DNA of 64,000 nt from Malacoraja senta (taxonomy: Eukaryota): contig CM075997.1 in the NCBI GenBank assembly GCA_038087875.1, positions 2,110,001-2,174,000 on the forward strand. Direction: 5' to 3'. Below are positions 1 through 13,800 of this stretch, one piece after another. Position 1 is the first letter of the stretch, and each line of letters starts with the position of its first letter. Made by a program: the position numbers and the translations under genes. A model generated the notes under the pieces. The model saw only the letters and a program-made list of their open reading frames with translations. It searched no databases and was not told where the DNA came from.

Positions 1-2647
1 CAGATTGTATATATGTGGGGCAAATTCTAGAGGCTATTATGAATGATGAGGTAACAGAACACGTAGAAAATATTAACCAGATTAGATAATGTCACTGTGG
101 ATTTCGGAAGTGACATGATGTATATCAAATGTACCAGAGTTCTTTGAGAATGTAGCCAATGGCTGAGGTGCCTTGGATGACAATATGCATAGGAAAATGT
201 GTAATGGATAATAATTATACATTATTTATTACATTACTTAATAGCCAACATTAATTATTAATACTATTGTATATTAATATTGATTAATACATTTTTTTAA
301 AATATGGAAAGAAAAAAATGATCCCATGCATTTCCCGAATTAAGGATCGCAACTCCTATTTTTTGTTTTTCTTGGTCCTTTCGTATAACCAAATATAATT
401 GAATTATGAATACTGTCACAAATGTTATTGCATAACATTATTCTACTTGCCCAATTTCAACCCCTCATGCCAAATTCCCATGACTCTTAAAGCTGCCCTC
501 CTACAATGCTGCCACAGCCATACATTAATCTGCATTGGGGCTGTAAAATGCTCCATTTATCTGCTCTATTACTCCTGACTCGCTGCTGTGTGGTGCTGGG
601 AGTAAAACCTGGATATTATCACCTTTGAGCATTTGCTTGATCACTTTCCTACAATACCTCATTTGTATTTCTTCCTATGTTGTTGATTATACAACAGGCC
701 AAAAACAAATAGCTGTTCACTCTCAAAATACAGAAAGTTCTGTGGCTGCTCAATACAGCTTTGACTTTTGCACCCAGAAGGCAAAATGTCATCATGGAAT
801 TGTGTGTGGCCACATAATGCCTGTTTACTTCTCCAACTATTGCTGTATTGACCTTTCTTCCTTGTACAGCTGATGTTTTGGCTGTGACTTCACTTTTAAG
901 GCACTTCTAAGGCTCTTCTATCGCAAATCAGAATTGTTTAGTGCATAAAATGCCTTCCGGCCTCTCTCTGATCCTTTTATATTTGGTCTGCCCGGGTGAT
1001 CACGGTGGCTCAGCGGTAGAGTTGCTGCCTTACAGCGAATGCTGAGATATAAAGAGAAAGAGAATTGCTTTTGCAGAAGAAGCATTGGAATGGGAGAGAC
1101 TTTTCATCATAAACTGAATGTTGTTCTATGATATATTTATAAATCTTACTGTGAATTTGATTTGATTCTATGCTTTGAACAGCATAGTAAAATTTGGCAT
1201 GTCATGGTGGAAGACATGAGATCTTCCAGTGAAGGGTTGCATGAGTAATTGATTTTGAGCACATAAAGAAAAGGAAGGTGGTAGTTTATCTTCATATTCT
1301 GGTTCAATGGTGTCTAAGGGGTATAAATGAGTAAACATAATCAAGGGAAAAGGTCTCGGCTTAATCTCATCTCCTTATAGAAAAGGCTCCTTTTAAAATT
1401 CACCAGATCTGCAGTTTTTGCTTGGAGGCGTCACTAACTTTGTTAAGCTTCGAGAGTGTGGCCTAAAACCACAAGAATCTGATCCAAAGCCAATAAATCC
1501 TAAACTGTGGCAGGAGTACTTCGCATTTGTTTCCACTCCAGCAGCATTTGACTCCAAATGTCTTGTATGGTTTACCTCTCAACTAATGAAATTTAAACAT
1601 GTTTTAAATTACATTTGTGGAAGTTGATAACTGTGATTGGTGACTGGTATAAATAACCCACTAATGCCATATATATATATTTTTCAAATGATTAAAAAAT
1701 AACACCAAATGCCATCAGGGTGTTTATATTGCACTCTAGTATTTTGTGTAGGCACTTTTTTAAAAAAGCAGGTTTTCCGTTTAATATTTTGCAGCAGTTT
1801 AATGAAAATTGCTTAATATTTGAGTTGCTCGTCTTTTGATACGTTATAATATACTTAATTGTATACAATTGAAAGCTTTATTTGTCCCCTCTTTATATGT
1901 GAACTGTATGTGCACTAAATAGTTAAGGTGCATTTAATGGGCAATTTAAAGAATATTTTTGTGGACCTTTTCAAGGAGCTAAAAATGCCTATTGTTAAAC
2001 TTGGTATTTAGACCATTCTGTCACAGTACATGTAATGAACATTTGTATTTACAGTTGTAATTTGGGTAGTTAATAATGCAATAGATGTGGTCCAAAGACA
2101 TCCCATGTTAGAGAAAATCGCATTAGAAAAATGTTGTTAATGGGGAATAGAGTGTTTGGACTGAGAGTTTCAGACTGCAAAAACAGTTTTGTTTCTCCCA
2201 CAAGATTTTCAAAGTAAAGGACTTTATAATAGCTTTAAGTCTATTTTTGTTACGGTGGGTGAAAAATACTAAAGGCTATATCATTGTTTAATTGAGTATC
2301 ATTGCATATGGATCACTGGGAGCTGGAATCCTGAGCAAAAAGCGAAGTGTGGAGGAACTTGGGCCAGGCAGCATCTGCAGGGGGAAATCAACTGGCAACA
2401 TTTTTGGTCACCCAAAATGTTACCTGTTCATTTACCTCCACACTGGCTGCCTGTCCTGCTGAGTTCTGCCAACACTTGTTCTTTTTTTGTCAATAGCAGA
2501 GAGTGCTTGTCAATTTCAATGGCCACCAGTGGAACGGACAGTCTGTTCTTAAGAAACAAATGTTGTCTGATTACTGTGTGGTGGTTATATCGAAACAATT
2601 TGTTTTCTCTACAAAAAGACATAGTACTGGAGTAACTCGGTGGGAAA

Positions 2648-2964
2648 AGGGCCTGTCCCACTTGCACAACTTTTTCGGCGACTGCCGGCTCCTTCATGGG
2701 GTCGTTACAGGTCGCCGAAAATTTTCAACATGTTGAAAATCCAGCGGCGACCAGAACAAGGGTGACTACTCTTGACCATACAGGCTTCACCCTGCGACAT
2801 GTAGCCAGGGTGTTGCCTGTATGGTCGTGAGTAGTCTCCTAGTCACCCAAAGAGTCGTAGCGTCTTTCTGGTCGCCGCTGAAATTTCAACATGTTGAAAA
2901 TTTTTGGCTACCTATGACGGGAGCCGGCAGTCGCCGAAAAAGTCGAGTAAGTGGGACAGGCCCT
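2648..2964. mobile_element. Palindromic MITE (putative PIF/Harbinger type) inserted in a Penelope-derived hairpin element
   Basis: TIR AGGGCCTGTCCCACTT / AAGTGGGACAGGCCCT; internal inverted symmetry; same terminal motif as the MITE at 45522. Confidence 0.7.
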
Positions 2965-4344
2965 TCAATCAGATCTCTGAAGAACATGGATAGAAGGTGT
3001 CACTTATCCATGTTCTTTAGAGATGCTGCGTGAACCACTGACTAACTCCAGCACTTTGTGTTCTTTTGTGTAAACCAGCATCTACAGTTCCTTGTGTCTG
3101 TTGTTTTCCCTAGGCTTTTATTTGCCACACAGCTTTTTTCCTACTTGTCAATTTCTAAAGTAACTTTTAAGTAGTTGTCTAGTTTTCTGATCAAAATCGT
3201 GTTATAAACTGCCGCCCATGTAATTCAAATAATGTTACCTAATTTATCAATTGCGTTACATCCAATTCACAACATGGGAATATGAGTCTTAAGAAAAGTA
3301 CTTGTACATTATTTTTACTATGATGCAAGGTCAATGCTTAAATCAGCTGTGCAACTCTTTGAATCTGTAGGGAAATCCAAAATTGTTCTCGATTTCTTCT
3401 TGATGCCTTCTAGATTGGTTTACTTAATTAGTGATTCCAGTTCTTTTTGTATTTCTGTGAAGAATTGATAGGGACCGCAGGTATTCCTCGTAGGTTTACT
3501 TTCAGTTCTTCAGTGCTGTTCCTCCAACATTCCACTTGGTCACGTTATATGGAAGTTTTTGACATGGGTTTGCGCATCTATTAGTAAGCTATTTAAAAAC
3601 AAGAGAAATTCCATTTTTGCAGCAAATATTCTATCCTAACATTCATTTTGTGAGGATAATATTGCAACCTGCACTATTTTTCACTTTGATTGGTGCTACA
3701 TTTCTTGACTTTTTAATAGATGGGATAGACTTTACATAAAATATATATATATGTATATCTGATGCTAATTACATCATTACCACACCAGTGCATAATCTTC
3801 AATAATGTTTTTGTTTTATTTTTTCTTCCTTTCTCCCACTAAAAATATTTATTTACACTTATCTACCAATCTATTATTTTGTGAGCAAGTGTTGTTTCTA
3901 ATGTTAATTAAGTAAATTACCATTAGGACTACACATCAGGGTAATGTTATGATTTCACAGTGAAGAAGGATAATTCAGAATGGCATTGAGAACCCTAGCA
4001 TACACAGCTTGGCGAAAATTGCACTTTGCAAATTGCTGAGACACTTGCCCTGCCAGGTACCCTTTTCTTCATCTGCATTTCATACATTGCCCTTGCTTGC
4101 CACCTCAGAATGCACAAAAGCAGACAAGAAGCAAGTTCTCAATGTTTAAAGACTGTCCAAGAAGTTTGGGAGAGAGCATATTCAATCTACTAAGTAACCA
4201 CAGATTGTATGCATTGTAGCAGCAGTGCAATATTTTTTTTAAACTGTTAAGCAATTTTATTTTGTCTCATCTATTCGATCTAATTAGCTGATTATTCTTT
4301 CCCTATTTCTACTTTCAGACATATTGAGTTGTATAAATACAATT

Positions 4345-4550
4345 TTAAGAAGACACAAAGTGCTGGGGTTGCTCAGCAGGTCAGGCAGCATTTCTGGAGA
4401 ACATGGATAGGTGAGGTTCCAGGTCGGGATCTTTCTTCAGTCCTAACCCGAAATGTCATCTATCCACAGTCTCCAGAGACGCTGCCTTAGCTGCTAAATT
4501 AATCCAGCACTGTCATATTTTGTATGCCAGCATCTGCAGTTCCTTATTTC
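4345..4550. mobile_element. Penelope-derived hairpin element, diverged. Similar copies lie near 2320-2480, 5615-5740, 40790-40930, 51940-52080, 55895-56190, 57110-57830, 57900-58020, 58810-58922, 59570-59780, 60880-61000 and 61380-61480.
   Basis: Recurrent motif ctggagtaactcagcgggtcaggcagcatctctggag and its reverse complement; boundaries approximate. Confidence 0.7.
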
Positions 4551-4729
4551 AACAAATGCATTTTTAACCTGTTTTGTGATTTTTGGGAAGGGATAAATAT
4601 TTAGAAGAATATGATGTGGAGAGATTCTGTGTTTGCTCCAACATTTGGAATTCTCTGTGCTCTGTCCAAATACAATTTATGATCCAGCTAACAAAGTAAT
4701 CTGGATGTTTTGCTTTTATTTTTTTATAG

Positions 4730-4821
4730 ATTACACTGGACAAAGTCCTTGGGATTACAGCATCCAACAGCAGTAGTTTAGCCTGTGATTTGACCACGGG
4801 GCTAGTGGCATATCCGGCAGG
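4730..4821 (+). CDS. WDR62: WDR62 in-window exon 1 ([31 protein letters not shown])
   Basis: tag|ATT...GG|gtaagt, 92 nt. Confidence 0.92.
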
Positions 4822-7800
4822 GTAAGTGGCAATGTAGACCCAGCTTTTGTGGATAAAGCATGAATGATAATTGAAACAGTTGCTGGCTTTAAAGAGATTT
4901 ATTTTAAACTGATATTCAACAATCTGCCCATTCAAAATAGGCACTAAGATTATTGGCTTTTTTTTAATTGGAAGGCCATGAATGGTGCATCACAAGCATT
5001 GGTGCATCACAAGCATTGGTTCTGGAAACTTTGCTGATTGTGATACATATTCGCAATTTGCATGTGAAAGTAGGAAGCATAATTAGCAAGTGTGAGCATG
5101 TCAGTGCATATGATAACTAAATATGCATGATTCTTGAGGAGGAATGTGGCCTGATCTCCTAAATTACCTCATTGTACCCTTGCACTTTGTTCTGCACTTC
5201 TTGTAACTATAACACTAAAGGCTGTAGCACTGTATTCTGCATTGTGCTATTTACATTAATTGTTGTAATTTCAATTTACAAATAGCGTACACATTGGGGG
5301 AAACTTACAGCAATCAATTAATCTACCCACTCAAACATCTTTTGGGAAGTGGGAGAAAATCTGAGCACTCAGGGGGAGGGGGGGGGGGAGGGAGTGATCT
5401 CAGAGAAAATGCTAAGTTGCTGAGTTTATAAAGTTACAACATGCCAAGATTACAAAGTTAACAAAAGTCAACTGTATAAATTGGGTTTGTTTTAAGCTAA
5501 GAAAATAAGCAAGAATAGCAAAACATTAGTCTCATGGCTTCACTATGTCATTCTCTATTTGGTGCAGAATTAGTTTTGGTAAAGTTGGGTTTACTTCAAA
5601 CATTTAAATCGGTGTTAAAGAAGGAACTGCAGATGCTGGAAAATCGAAGGTACACAAAAATGCTGGATAAACTCAGCGAGTGCAGCAGCATCTATGGAGC
5701 GAAGGAGATAGGCAACGTTTCGGGCCGAAACCCTTCTTCGGTGTTCTTAAATGAGAAAATAATTTCTGAAACTAACAAAATTGAGTTCTAATTTTCTTTG
5801 TCAAGGTGTGTGGTGGTGCTCTGCAACCCAAAGAAGAATAAGCAGAGTCATATTCTCAATGCCTCAAGGTAAGATGACAAATAAGACAACTTTAGCCAAG
5901 CAATTAGTCTGTATCATTGGTTTGGGTGGCAAAGACGGGGTGGTAGGTCATGGCTCTTCATTTCAACAAGCATTTTGTTTGTGGACTCACCACCCCAAAT
6001 TTACTGCTTTCTGGGTTTTTATCCTTTGTACATTTTCTTTCATGTGCAACATGACACACAAAGAAAAATATGGGGAATTGAGGGGTTAAATAGAATGGTA
6101 AACACAATCCCAATGTGTGGTGTGAGTGTCTAGAGATTGAATTCTCGGTAATTTGGGAGCAGAGAATTAAGTGGAGGTTATGAGGATGTTAGGTACAACA
6201 AGAGCAGGTTGCAAAAATCAAAAGTGACCTTGGCTGGAACCTCTTGGAGGAGGGTCTTATTATATAGCACTACTCCCGCCACAGTGCAATCAAAATATTT
6301 ATTCATCCTCCAAATATGACTAGGTTTCTCGGGTAGCTCTCTAAGGGAGCAATATTTGCAGTGGTGAAATTTAACCAGGAAATAATTGCAATCACATTCT
6401 TCTCTAAAAATTAATTTTATTTTGCATCCAGCTCCATGACACGGGAGAAAAACAGTACTTGCCTATGGTGGAGCAATCCAATCATGTCATGTACAAAAGA
6501 AAACTTTGGCACACAATGCATTACTTAATGACTACTTTTTAAAGGTTGAGTTGATGAAGGATATTTAATATTGTAAAAGACATTAGCTCTCATTTACCAT
6601 TGCATGTCAGGATGCAGTATCCTGTTTTTATTTCACATTTTTACTTTTTTATTAAGATTACAGTTGGGTAGAATATCTTGACTACTAGGTTTACTGATGA
6701 TTTTAACCACATTTTTGAAAGGTTGTTCCTTTTAAACTATCTGCTATTTCTTTAAATCTAGTTGGAAGTTTGGGTTGGTGGCGACAAACTCTTCTAACCA
6801 TAGAAATTTATCCGATATATAGGTTCTTGTTATCCATGTCAGTTGGCCTAAGTTGGTGGCAAGCAGCACTAGCAGAGAAGTAGGAGGGGGAATGTTAGGT
6901 GTTTGGTAGTAAGGCGGTGATGGTTACAGAAGGGACTCACTTTGTCATCCTACTGAAGTTTTAGAAAATATTTATAAAGCATTTGCGATTTTATGTTGAT
7001 TTTCCGATAGCTGAGAATGTTAACTTCCCTGGTATGCAAATATTAGAGTAGCCAGGAAGTGGATAATTGCATATTCAATATTCTTTGTCGTCGATAAAAT
7101 GCTATTTAAAAATGAATAGTGTGCTTCGATTCTGGTATTCACTTGATGTTTTCTCTTGATGTAGGAAAGCAATCTGTTCTTTGGCATTCTCACCAGATGG
7201 AAAATTCTTAGTTACTGGGGAGGTGAGTGTCTTCTTAAAGTGGCAGGCACTATTTGCAGTCTGGAATGTTATTATCAGGTTCTGTGATGTATAACCTTCT
7301 AAATAAGTGTGAAGAGACAAAGTGTGTCAATTTATTTCAATGCAGCCAATTAATTGCAATACATTTTTGCTTCAACTCTTGGATATAGTTTGTTCTATAT
7401 TCCATTGAATTCTCCAAACCTAGTGCATTGTACTTTGAAACAAACTTAATTGTTCCTGTGATTTCTTTTTAAACTTGGGCATTTACATTTACTCCTCACT
7501 GACAATGTTAGAAAAATCGATTGCCATATTATTGGGATTTCTGACATACTGTGACATACTTTATTCACTTTACATTCTCTGTTTAGTTTTTAATTGGTGG
7601 GTAACCTGAAGAAATTTTACCTGTATTCCTGAATTTTACAAAATGTAGTGATTAATTCGAGAGCACTAACTTTAACTGAAATTTGAGCACTGAATTTAAC
7701 TATCGATTGATAATTATGAAAAAGATGCATTAAAGAAATGTCAATTGAAGTTGGACTACAGATAGTTGATGTCATCAAAGTCGCATACTATTGTCTGCAG

Positions 7801-10800
7801 ACTGAAAGAATGCTTCATCTGGGACTCGCAGAAGCTAGCCACTTCAATTCTCCTTCTACTGACCTGTCTGTCTTCGGCAAACAGGAAAGAAAATAAATGT
7901 AATTACAATTGATGCACAGAGTCTCTTGCCGATGCACAGTCTCTTACCCAGAGTAAGAGAATCAAGAACCAGAGGACATAGGTTTAAGGTGAAGTGAGAA
8001 AGATTTAATAAGGACATGAGGGGTAACATTTTCACACAAAGGGTGGTGGGTGTATGGAACGAACTGCTTGAGGAGGTAGTTGAGGCAGGTACTATCACAA
8101 CGTTTAAGAAATAGTTAGGTACATGCATAGGACAGGTTTAGAGGGATATAGACCAAACGCAGGAAGGTGGGACTAGTGTAGATGGGACATGTTGGCCGGT
8201 GTGGGCAAGTTGGACCGAAGGGCCAGTTTCCACGCTGTGAGACACTATGACTACATATTGAATGTGAGCATGGAATCAAACGTAGTATTTTGCACAGGAG
8301 GATGGACAGATGAGTTGTAGCTTTGCACTGCGTATGAAAAAGCACAACTAAAAATATATAGGTAGGAGATGCAGAGTTAATGGGAAGGCATATAAAAAAA
8401 TATATTCAGCTATACTCATAAGCTGTAAATTAAACAGATCGTGCACCCCAAAGTGTAAATGCAATTTTTACAATTTGGGGGTCAGTAAATGTCTAAATTC
8501 AGTGACCTGATAAATTGTTTAATTGATCCTCAGTGTATGTTCCGCAAATGTGCTGATGTAATTTTATTTTTTAACTCAGAGTGGACACTTGCCTGCAGTG
8601 CGGGTCTGGGATGTGGCTGAGAAGACTCAAGTGGCTGAACTGATGTGCCACAAATATGGAGTATCATGTGTGGCTTTTTCACCCAACATGAAGTATATTG
8701 TATCAGTAGGCTACCAGCATGACAAGCTTGTGAATGTCTGGGATTGGAAGGTAGGATGACAATTGTGTTATTAAAATGTAGTGGAGTTGTTTTTCTGTTG
8801 TTTATGAAATTAAACCTGAAGGAAGTATGTTGTGGGATAAAAATCCATGGCATTAATCTGTCTGGAATGAAATCCAACAGAATTTCAACTAGGCTTGAAT
8901 TCCAAATGTATGTGTACCTAGTAATCAGCAGTAGCAATGAAATTCCAGATAATTACATCTTAATCATGTGGTATGATGGGCGACACAGTGGCACGGCTGG
9001 TGGAGCTGCTTACCTCACGGTTACGATCCTGATCTCCATTGTCTGTGTGGAGTTTGCATGTTCTCCCCGTGCCTTTCCCCATGAGGTTCATCCAGGTGCT
9101 CTGGTTTCCTCTCACATCCAAAAGACATGGTGGTTTGTAGGTAAATTGGTGTCTGTAAATTGCCGCTGGAGTTTTGGGAGTGGATGAGAAAGTGGGCGTA
9201 AAATAGAACATGTGAACAGGTTATTGATGGTCAAAGTGGACTCGTGTTTAAGAAAGAACTACAGATGCTGGAAAAATTGAAGGTAGACAAAAATGTTGGA
9301 GAAACTCAGCCGGTGAGGCAGCATCTATGGAGCAAAGGAATAGGCGACGTTTCGGGTCTGAAGAGGGTCTCGACCCGAAACGTCACCTATTCCTTTGCTC
9401 CATAGATGCTGCCTCACCCGCTGAGTTTGTCCAGCATTTTTGTCTACCGTCAAAGTGGACTCGGTGGGCCAAAGCGCCTGCTTCCATGCTATATCTCTAA
9501 ACTAAACGTCATTTTCTGTCGTGGTCTACGTCGTATTATGCAACTCTGTCTTCTCAACGATGGGAGGAACCGCAATCTAACAATCTTCTGCCAAGATCCT
9601 CCATATCTTATCCCACCATCTGTCTGGTTCTAAATTCCAGTCCTCGGTATTCTTTGAATATCGAGGCCCTTATCCTGTACTGTCTGATTTTTTTAATCTA
9701 GTGAAAATATATCACATATTGAGTATAGGGCTAGGTTGTGTCTTGTGCATTGGTATTTAAAGAAATACTTTTTACTTTACAGAAAAACTCCATTGTAGCA
9801 TCTAATAAAATTTCTAGTAAAGTGACGGCTGTTTCGTTTTCTGAAGACAGCAGTTACTTTGTCACAGCTGGCAACCGACATGTTAAGTTCTGGTACTTGA
9901 ATGACTCCAAAACCTGCAAGGTAGGTTATTATCATTGTCTAAGATTGCCTTCTAATCTGGCATACAATGCATGTCACCATATTAAAAATCATTTTAGTCT
10001 TGCCAAGTATGCTGATCTGTGATAAGTAGTTTCATTTCAAGATACTGTTTTCATAACTGTTGTAAGCTATCATTTCGATAAATTATTTTGTAATGAATTG
10101 CCTTGGTGTGTTCTTAATTTGTTTCGCAAGTTTGTCTTTTGCCTCATTTTGTTTTTGCCACACATAAATCTTTTTTTTTTCTCTGCTTGATTGCTAACTC
10201 GACAATTTAATTAGAACCATTGAATGGGCTAGCTATTAATACTAATCATATAATCTTCTTCAGCCAAGATTAATTGTCAGAATCCGGCATAGAGATAATC
10301 ATTTAGATGTTTGAGTCCACATCTTAATGAAGATGTGATTCCTGCTACTCTTGATGAAATCAAAGTTACTTCCTTATATTTGACCGTAAAATTTAAAATA
10401 TCTTGGAACTTGGCTACCAAGATCAAAAGCAAGTCTGTGATGTACTTTCTAGTTAGGGTCTTCTGTTATTTTATATATTAATAAGATTATAACTCTTTGG
10501 TGGACCCAACAGGTTTTCTTTGAAATTAAATGAGATGAAGACTGAATTTTATCCTGAACTTGTTAGTTGCTTTTGATCAAGTCTTTGAGCAATCTTAATG
10601 GGTGCTTGGTGGTGTCTTTGTGTAAACTTAACATCTTTTTGTTAACTACTAAACCAAATCCCTGTATGTTTTCCAATCCAGGCAAATATTACAGTTCCCT
10701 TAATAGGACGATCTGGATTGCTGGGTGAGCTCCATAATAACTTTTTCTGTGGAGTGGCATGTGGTAAAGGGAAGATGGCAAAAAGCACCTTTTGCATCAC

Positions 10801-13800
10801 CAGTTCTGGTCTTCTCTGCCAGTTCAATGGGAAAAAAGTACTGGATAAATGGTTGAATTTAGAGGTATGCTGATCTCTGCTTCCTTTAATACAAATTTAA
10901 ATATTTAAATAATTTTAAAATTAAAAAGCATCTTTTATCTGCGCCTATTTCCCCACAGACCTCTGCAGCAAATTGTATCGCCGCATCCCAGGATTTCATC
11001 TTTTGTGGTTGTTCCAATGGAACATTGAAATTATTTAACCCTACAAACCTCCATTTTATCACCAATCTGCCCAAACCTCATTGTCTGGGAGTCAATGTTG
11101 CAGCAGGAATTGAACCAAGGTAAATTTAAAAATTGGTCCATTTTTACTGTCATAAAATTCTTGTGTACAAGAAGCATAAGTATAAATATTTAATAAATAA
11201 TATAAAAATTTCTCTACAGCCGTTTATTCACTAAGAATTCAGCTGCTATGTATCCTGATATTATTGGTATGGCCTTCGACGCTTCCAATCGATGGTTGTC
11301 ATGTGTGTACAATGATCATAGTCTCTACGTGTGGGATACAAAAGACATTAAGAAAATCGGGAAAGTTTACTCATCGTTGTATCATAGTTCCAGCATATGG
11401 AATGTAGAGGTATGATAGCGCTTGTGTGTGTGTGTGTGTATATCCACCCCGTTCTCTAATCCATAGCCTTGAATCCAACTTTTTTTGTAAAAATTTGTCC
11501 ACTTTATCTTTATTGAAAACCCACAGTGTAAACAATGCAGTAATCATTTTTAAATTTTTCAGGTTTATCCAGAGTTGGAAGATAATAACCTGTCTTGTCT
11601 GCCACCTTCATCTTTTCTAACTTGTTCATCAGACAATACTATACGATTGTGGAATTCTGGTGGTGCTTCTGAAATTCAATTCGCTTCATTCCGTCGTAAT
11701 ATTTATAGCACAGTGAGTTTTTTAAAAGTTTTTTTTATGTGAGTTTTAACCTCTACTTCCCATTTCCACCTGAACTTGGTAGTTGATCTAATCCAACATG
11801 CTTTTGTTTTTGCTAGATTCATGTGAAAACAAATAGTTTTAGCTAGTTTTGTGTTCAGGCCATCAGGCAATTATCAATAGAGTGACATTGCTCAGGAAGT
11901 ATGAAGGGAGAGAGATTTCCACTCAACTGAAATGAATGAATTCCCCTTGTCAGCATGGCAGAGGTTAAATAAATAAAACATAGTTCATTAAAATTGAGAA
12001 TTGTAGTGATGAACCATTGCCCTACAAATGGTTAAAATAAAGCTGCAAAAACCCCAGCAAAAAAATCCTGACATGGGTAATATAAGAAACAAGAAATGTG
12101 ATTTTTTCTTTCCCTCCATATCAATGTTTTTAAAAAGTGGCTTTGTCACATAGGGAAACATACTGGGGAATAAAAATAAAGCAGACTTTAAATGTTTAGT
12201 TTGCACCAATCTTAGATTAGATTAGATTAGATTAGATTAGACTTTATTAATCCCCTTATTCAGGGGAAATTCAGATGTCCTTGCAGCACACTAATAAAAA
12301 GACAACATAGTATTCAAAAAGAAGTTCAACACCAAAACACAAAAACATCCCCCCACAGTGGTTCCCACTGTGGGGGAAGGCACAAAGTCCAGTCCCCATC
12401 CTCTTGTCCACCCAGAGTCGGGCCTATTGAGGCCTCCACAGTCGCCGCCACGGCGCCCGATGTTCTCGCCGGGTGATGGTGCTCCGGCGTCGGGAGAACC
12501 CCCAGCGGCTTGGGGTGCCAGGAACGGCCGCCTTCCCACCGGAGACCGCGGCTTCCAAGCCAACAGACCGCGCCGGACGGAGCTCCACACATTGGTGATC
12601 TCAGCGAGAGATCCCAGGCTCCGTGATGTAACGTTCATCTTCACATTAGAACGGAAAAATGGAATCTAATGAGTGAAGAACTTGAAGTATTTGTGACCCT
12701 GGCTTTTTTTCCCCCCAGGATTTAATCAAAATTGTGTATGTGGATGACAATATTCAGTACCTCCAAGACACAACAAACCATCCGGACCGAACGGAAAATG
12801 GAGGAACTTCTGAGACAAAATCAGGAATTCGGGTCATAACCATCAGCCCTGATGGGCAGCATCTGGCTTCTGGAGATAGGATGGGGACCCTGAGGTACAA
12901 ATGATAATGAAGTTTTCCTCAGCAACTTAATAGCACAGTCAGTTAAAGGAAATATTTTACTGCTTATGAGGATACTTTTTACTGTGTCATTTAAATAACT
13001 AAAAATGAAAAGCCTATTGCTTATAATATGCAATTACATAAACTGAAAACCTTTACAGTATCATACTGTTTGAATTGCTGATGGCACTGATATTAAAATT
13101 ATGGCAAATAAGAGTGATTTTAAAGGAAGTGTATAGGAAAAAAAAATCATTTTCTTCCCTAACACTACCTGATCTGCTGGGCATTTCATACACCCTTGGC
13201 CTGAATTTCATAGCCTTTACAAGTTCCTCTGTATCAGTTTGCTGGATTCAAAAAAGTTATCACCTTGCTTTGATGTACCCATCCCTCCTCTGCTCAAACT
13301 GAACTGTATTTATTTCCTAATTAGACATGATCATTACAGACGGCGGTCATGTGTGAATAAATAAAAGATTTTATGACTATTGTTAATAGGACTTTGAGCA
13401 TTTACAAACTCATTGAACTTTTCCCTTGTCTTATTCTTAATTTGTGGTCATGATCAGAGATTTATTCCAGTTGAGCATGAAAAAGTGGAGGACAGTTTGC
13501 TTGGTTGCAGTCTGGGATATGATAAGTAGCCGAGTGCAATGAGTTGTGAAATCAAATGTGTTTTGCATCAAACCCAGTGTTTTAAAACATTTTTTACTGT
13601 TTCTAGAATTTTTGACCTGCAGTTCCTGGATGAAATAATGAAAGTTGAGGCTCATGATTCTGAAATTTTGTGTCTTGAGTACTCTAAACCTGAAACTGGT
13701 GAGTAAAATTCAGTTGAGCTCAATAGGGGGGGAAAATGACCGATCAACATCATTTTCCTGCCCAGTCTAAATCTCAAATGATTGTGACCTACTCCTTTTC

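Larger units (their letters stand above)
8978..9507 (+). mobile_element. tRNA-derived SINE (HE1-like), interrupted by a Penelope mini-element. Other copies lie near 31770-31980 (+), 37170-37388 (-), 46400-46645 (+), 49030-49230 (-), 53145-53325 (+), 53916-54090 (+), 58933-59088 (-), 59141-59402 (+) and 63835-64000 (-).
   Basis: A-box/B-box-like head (gtggcacagcggtagag...ggttcgatcc), ctccggtttcctcccaca core, and a 3' tail gggccgaagggcctgtttcc...(taaac)n shared with local CR1 ends. Confidence 0.75.

Noticed and set aside
1..4700. WDR62 first exon or promoter
   Set aside because: No CpG island and no ATG exon with a suitable phase-0 donor were found; the region looks intronic.
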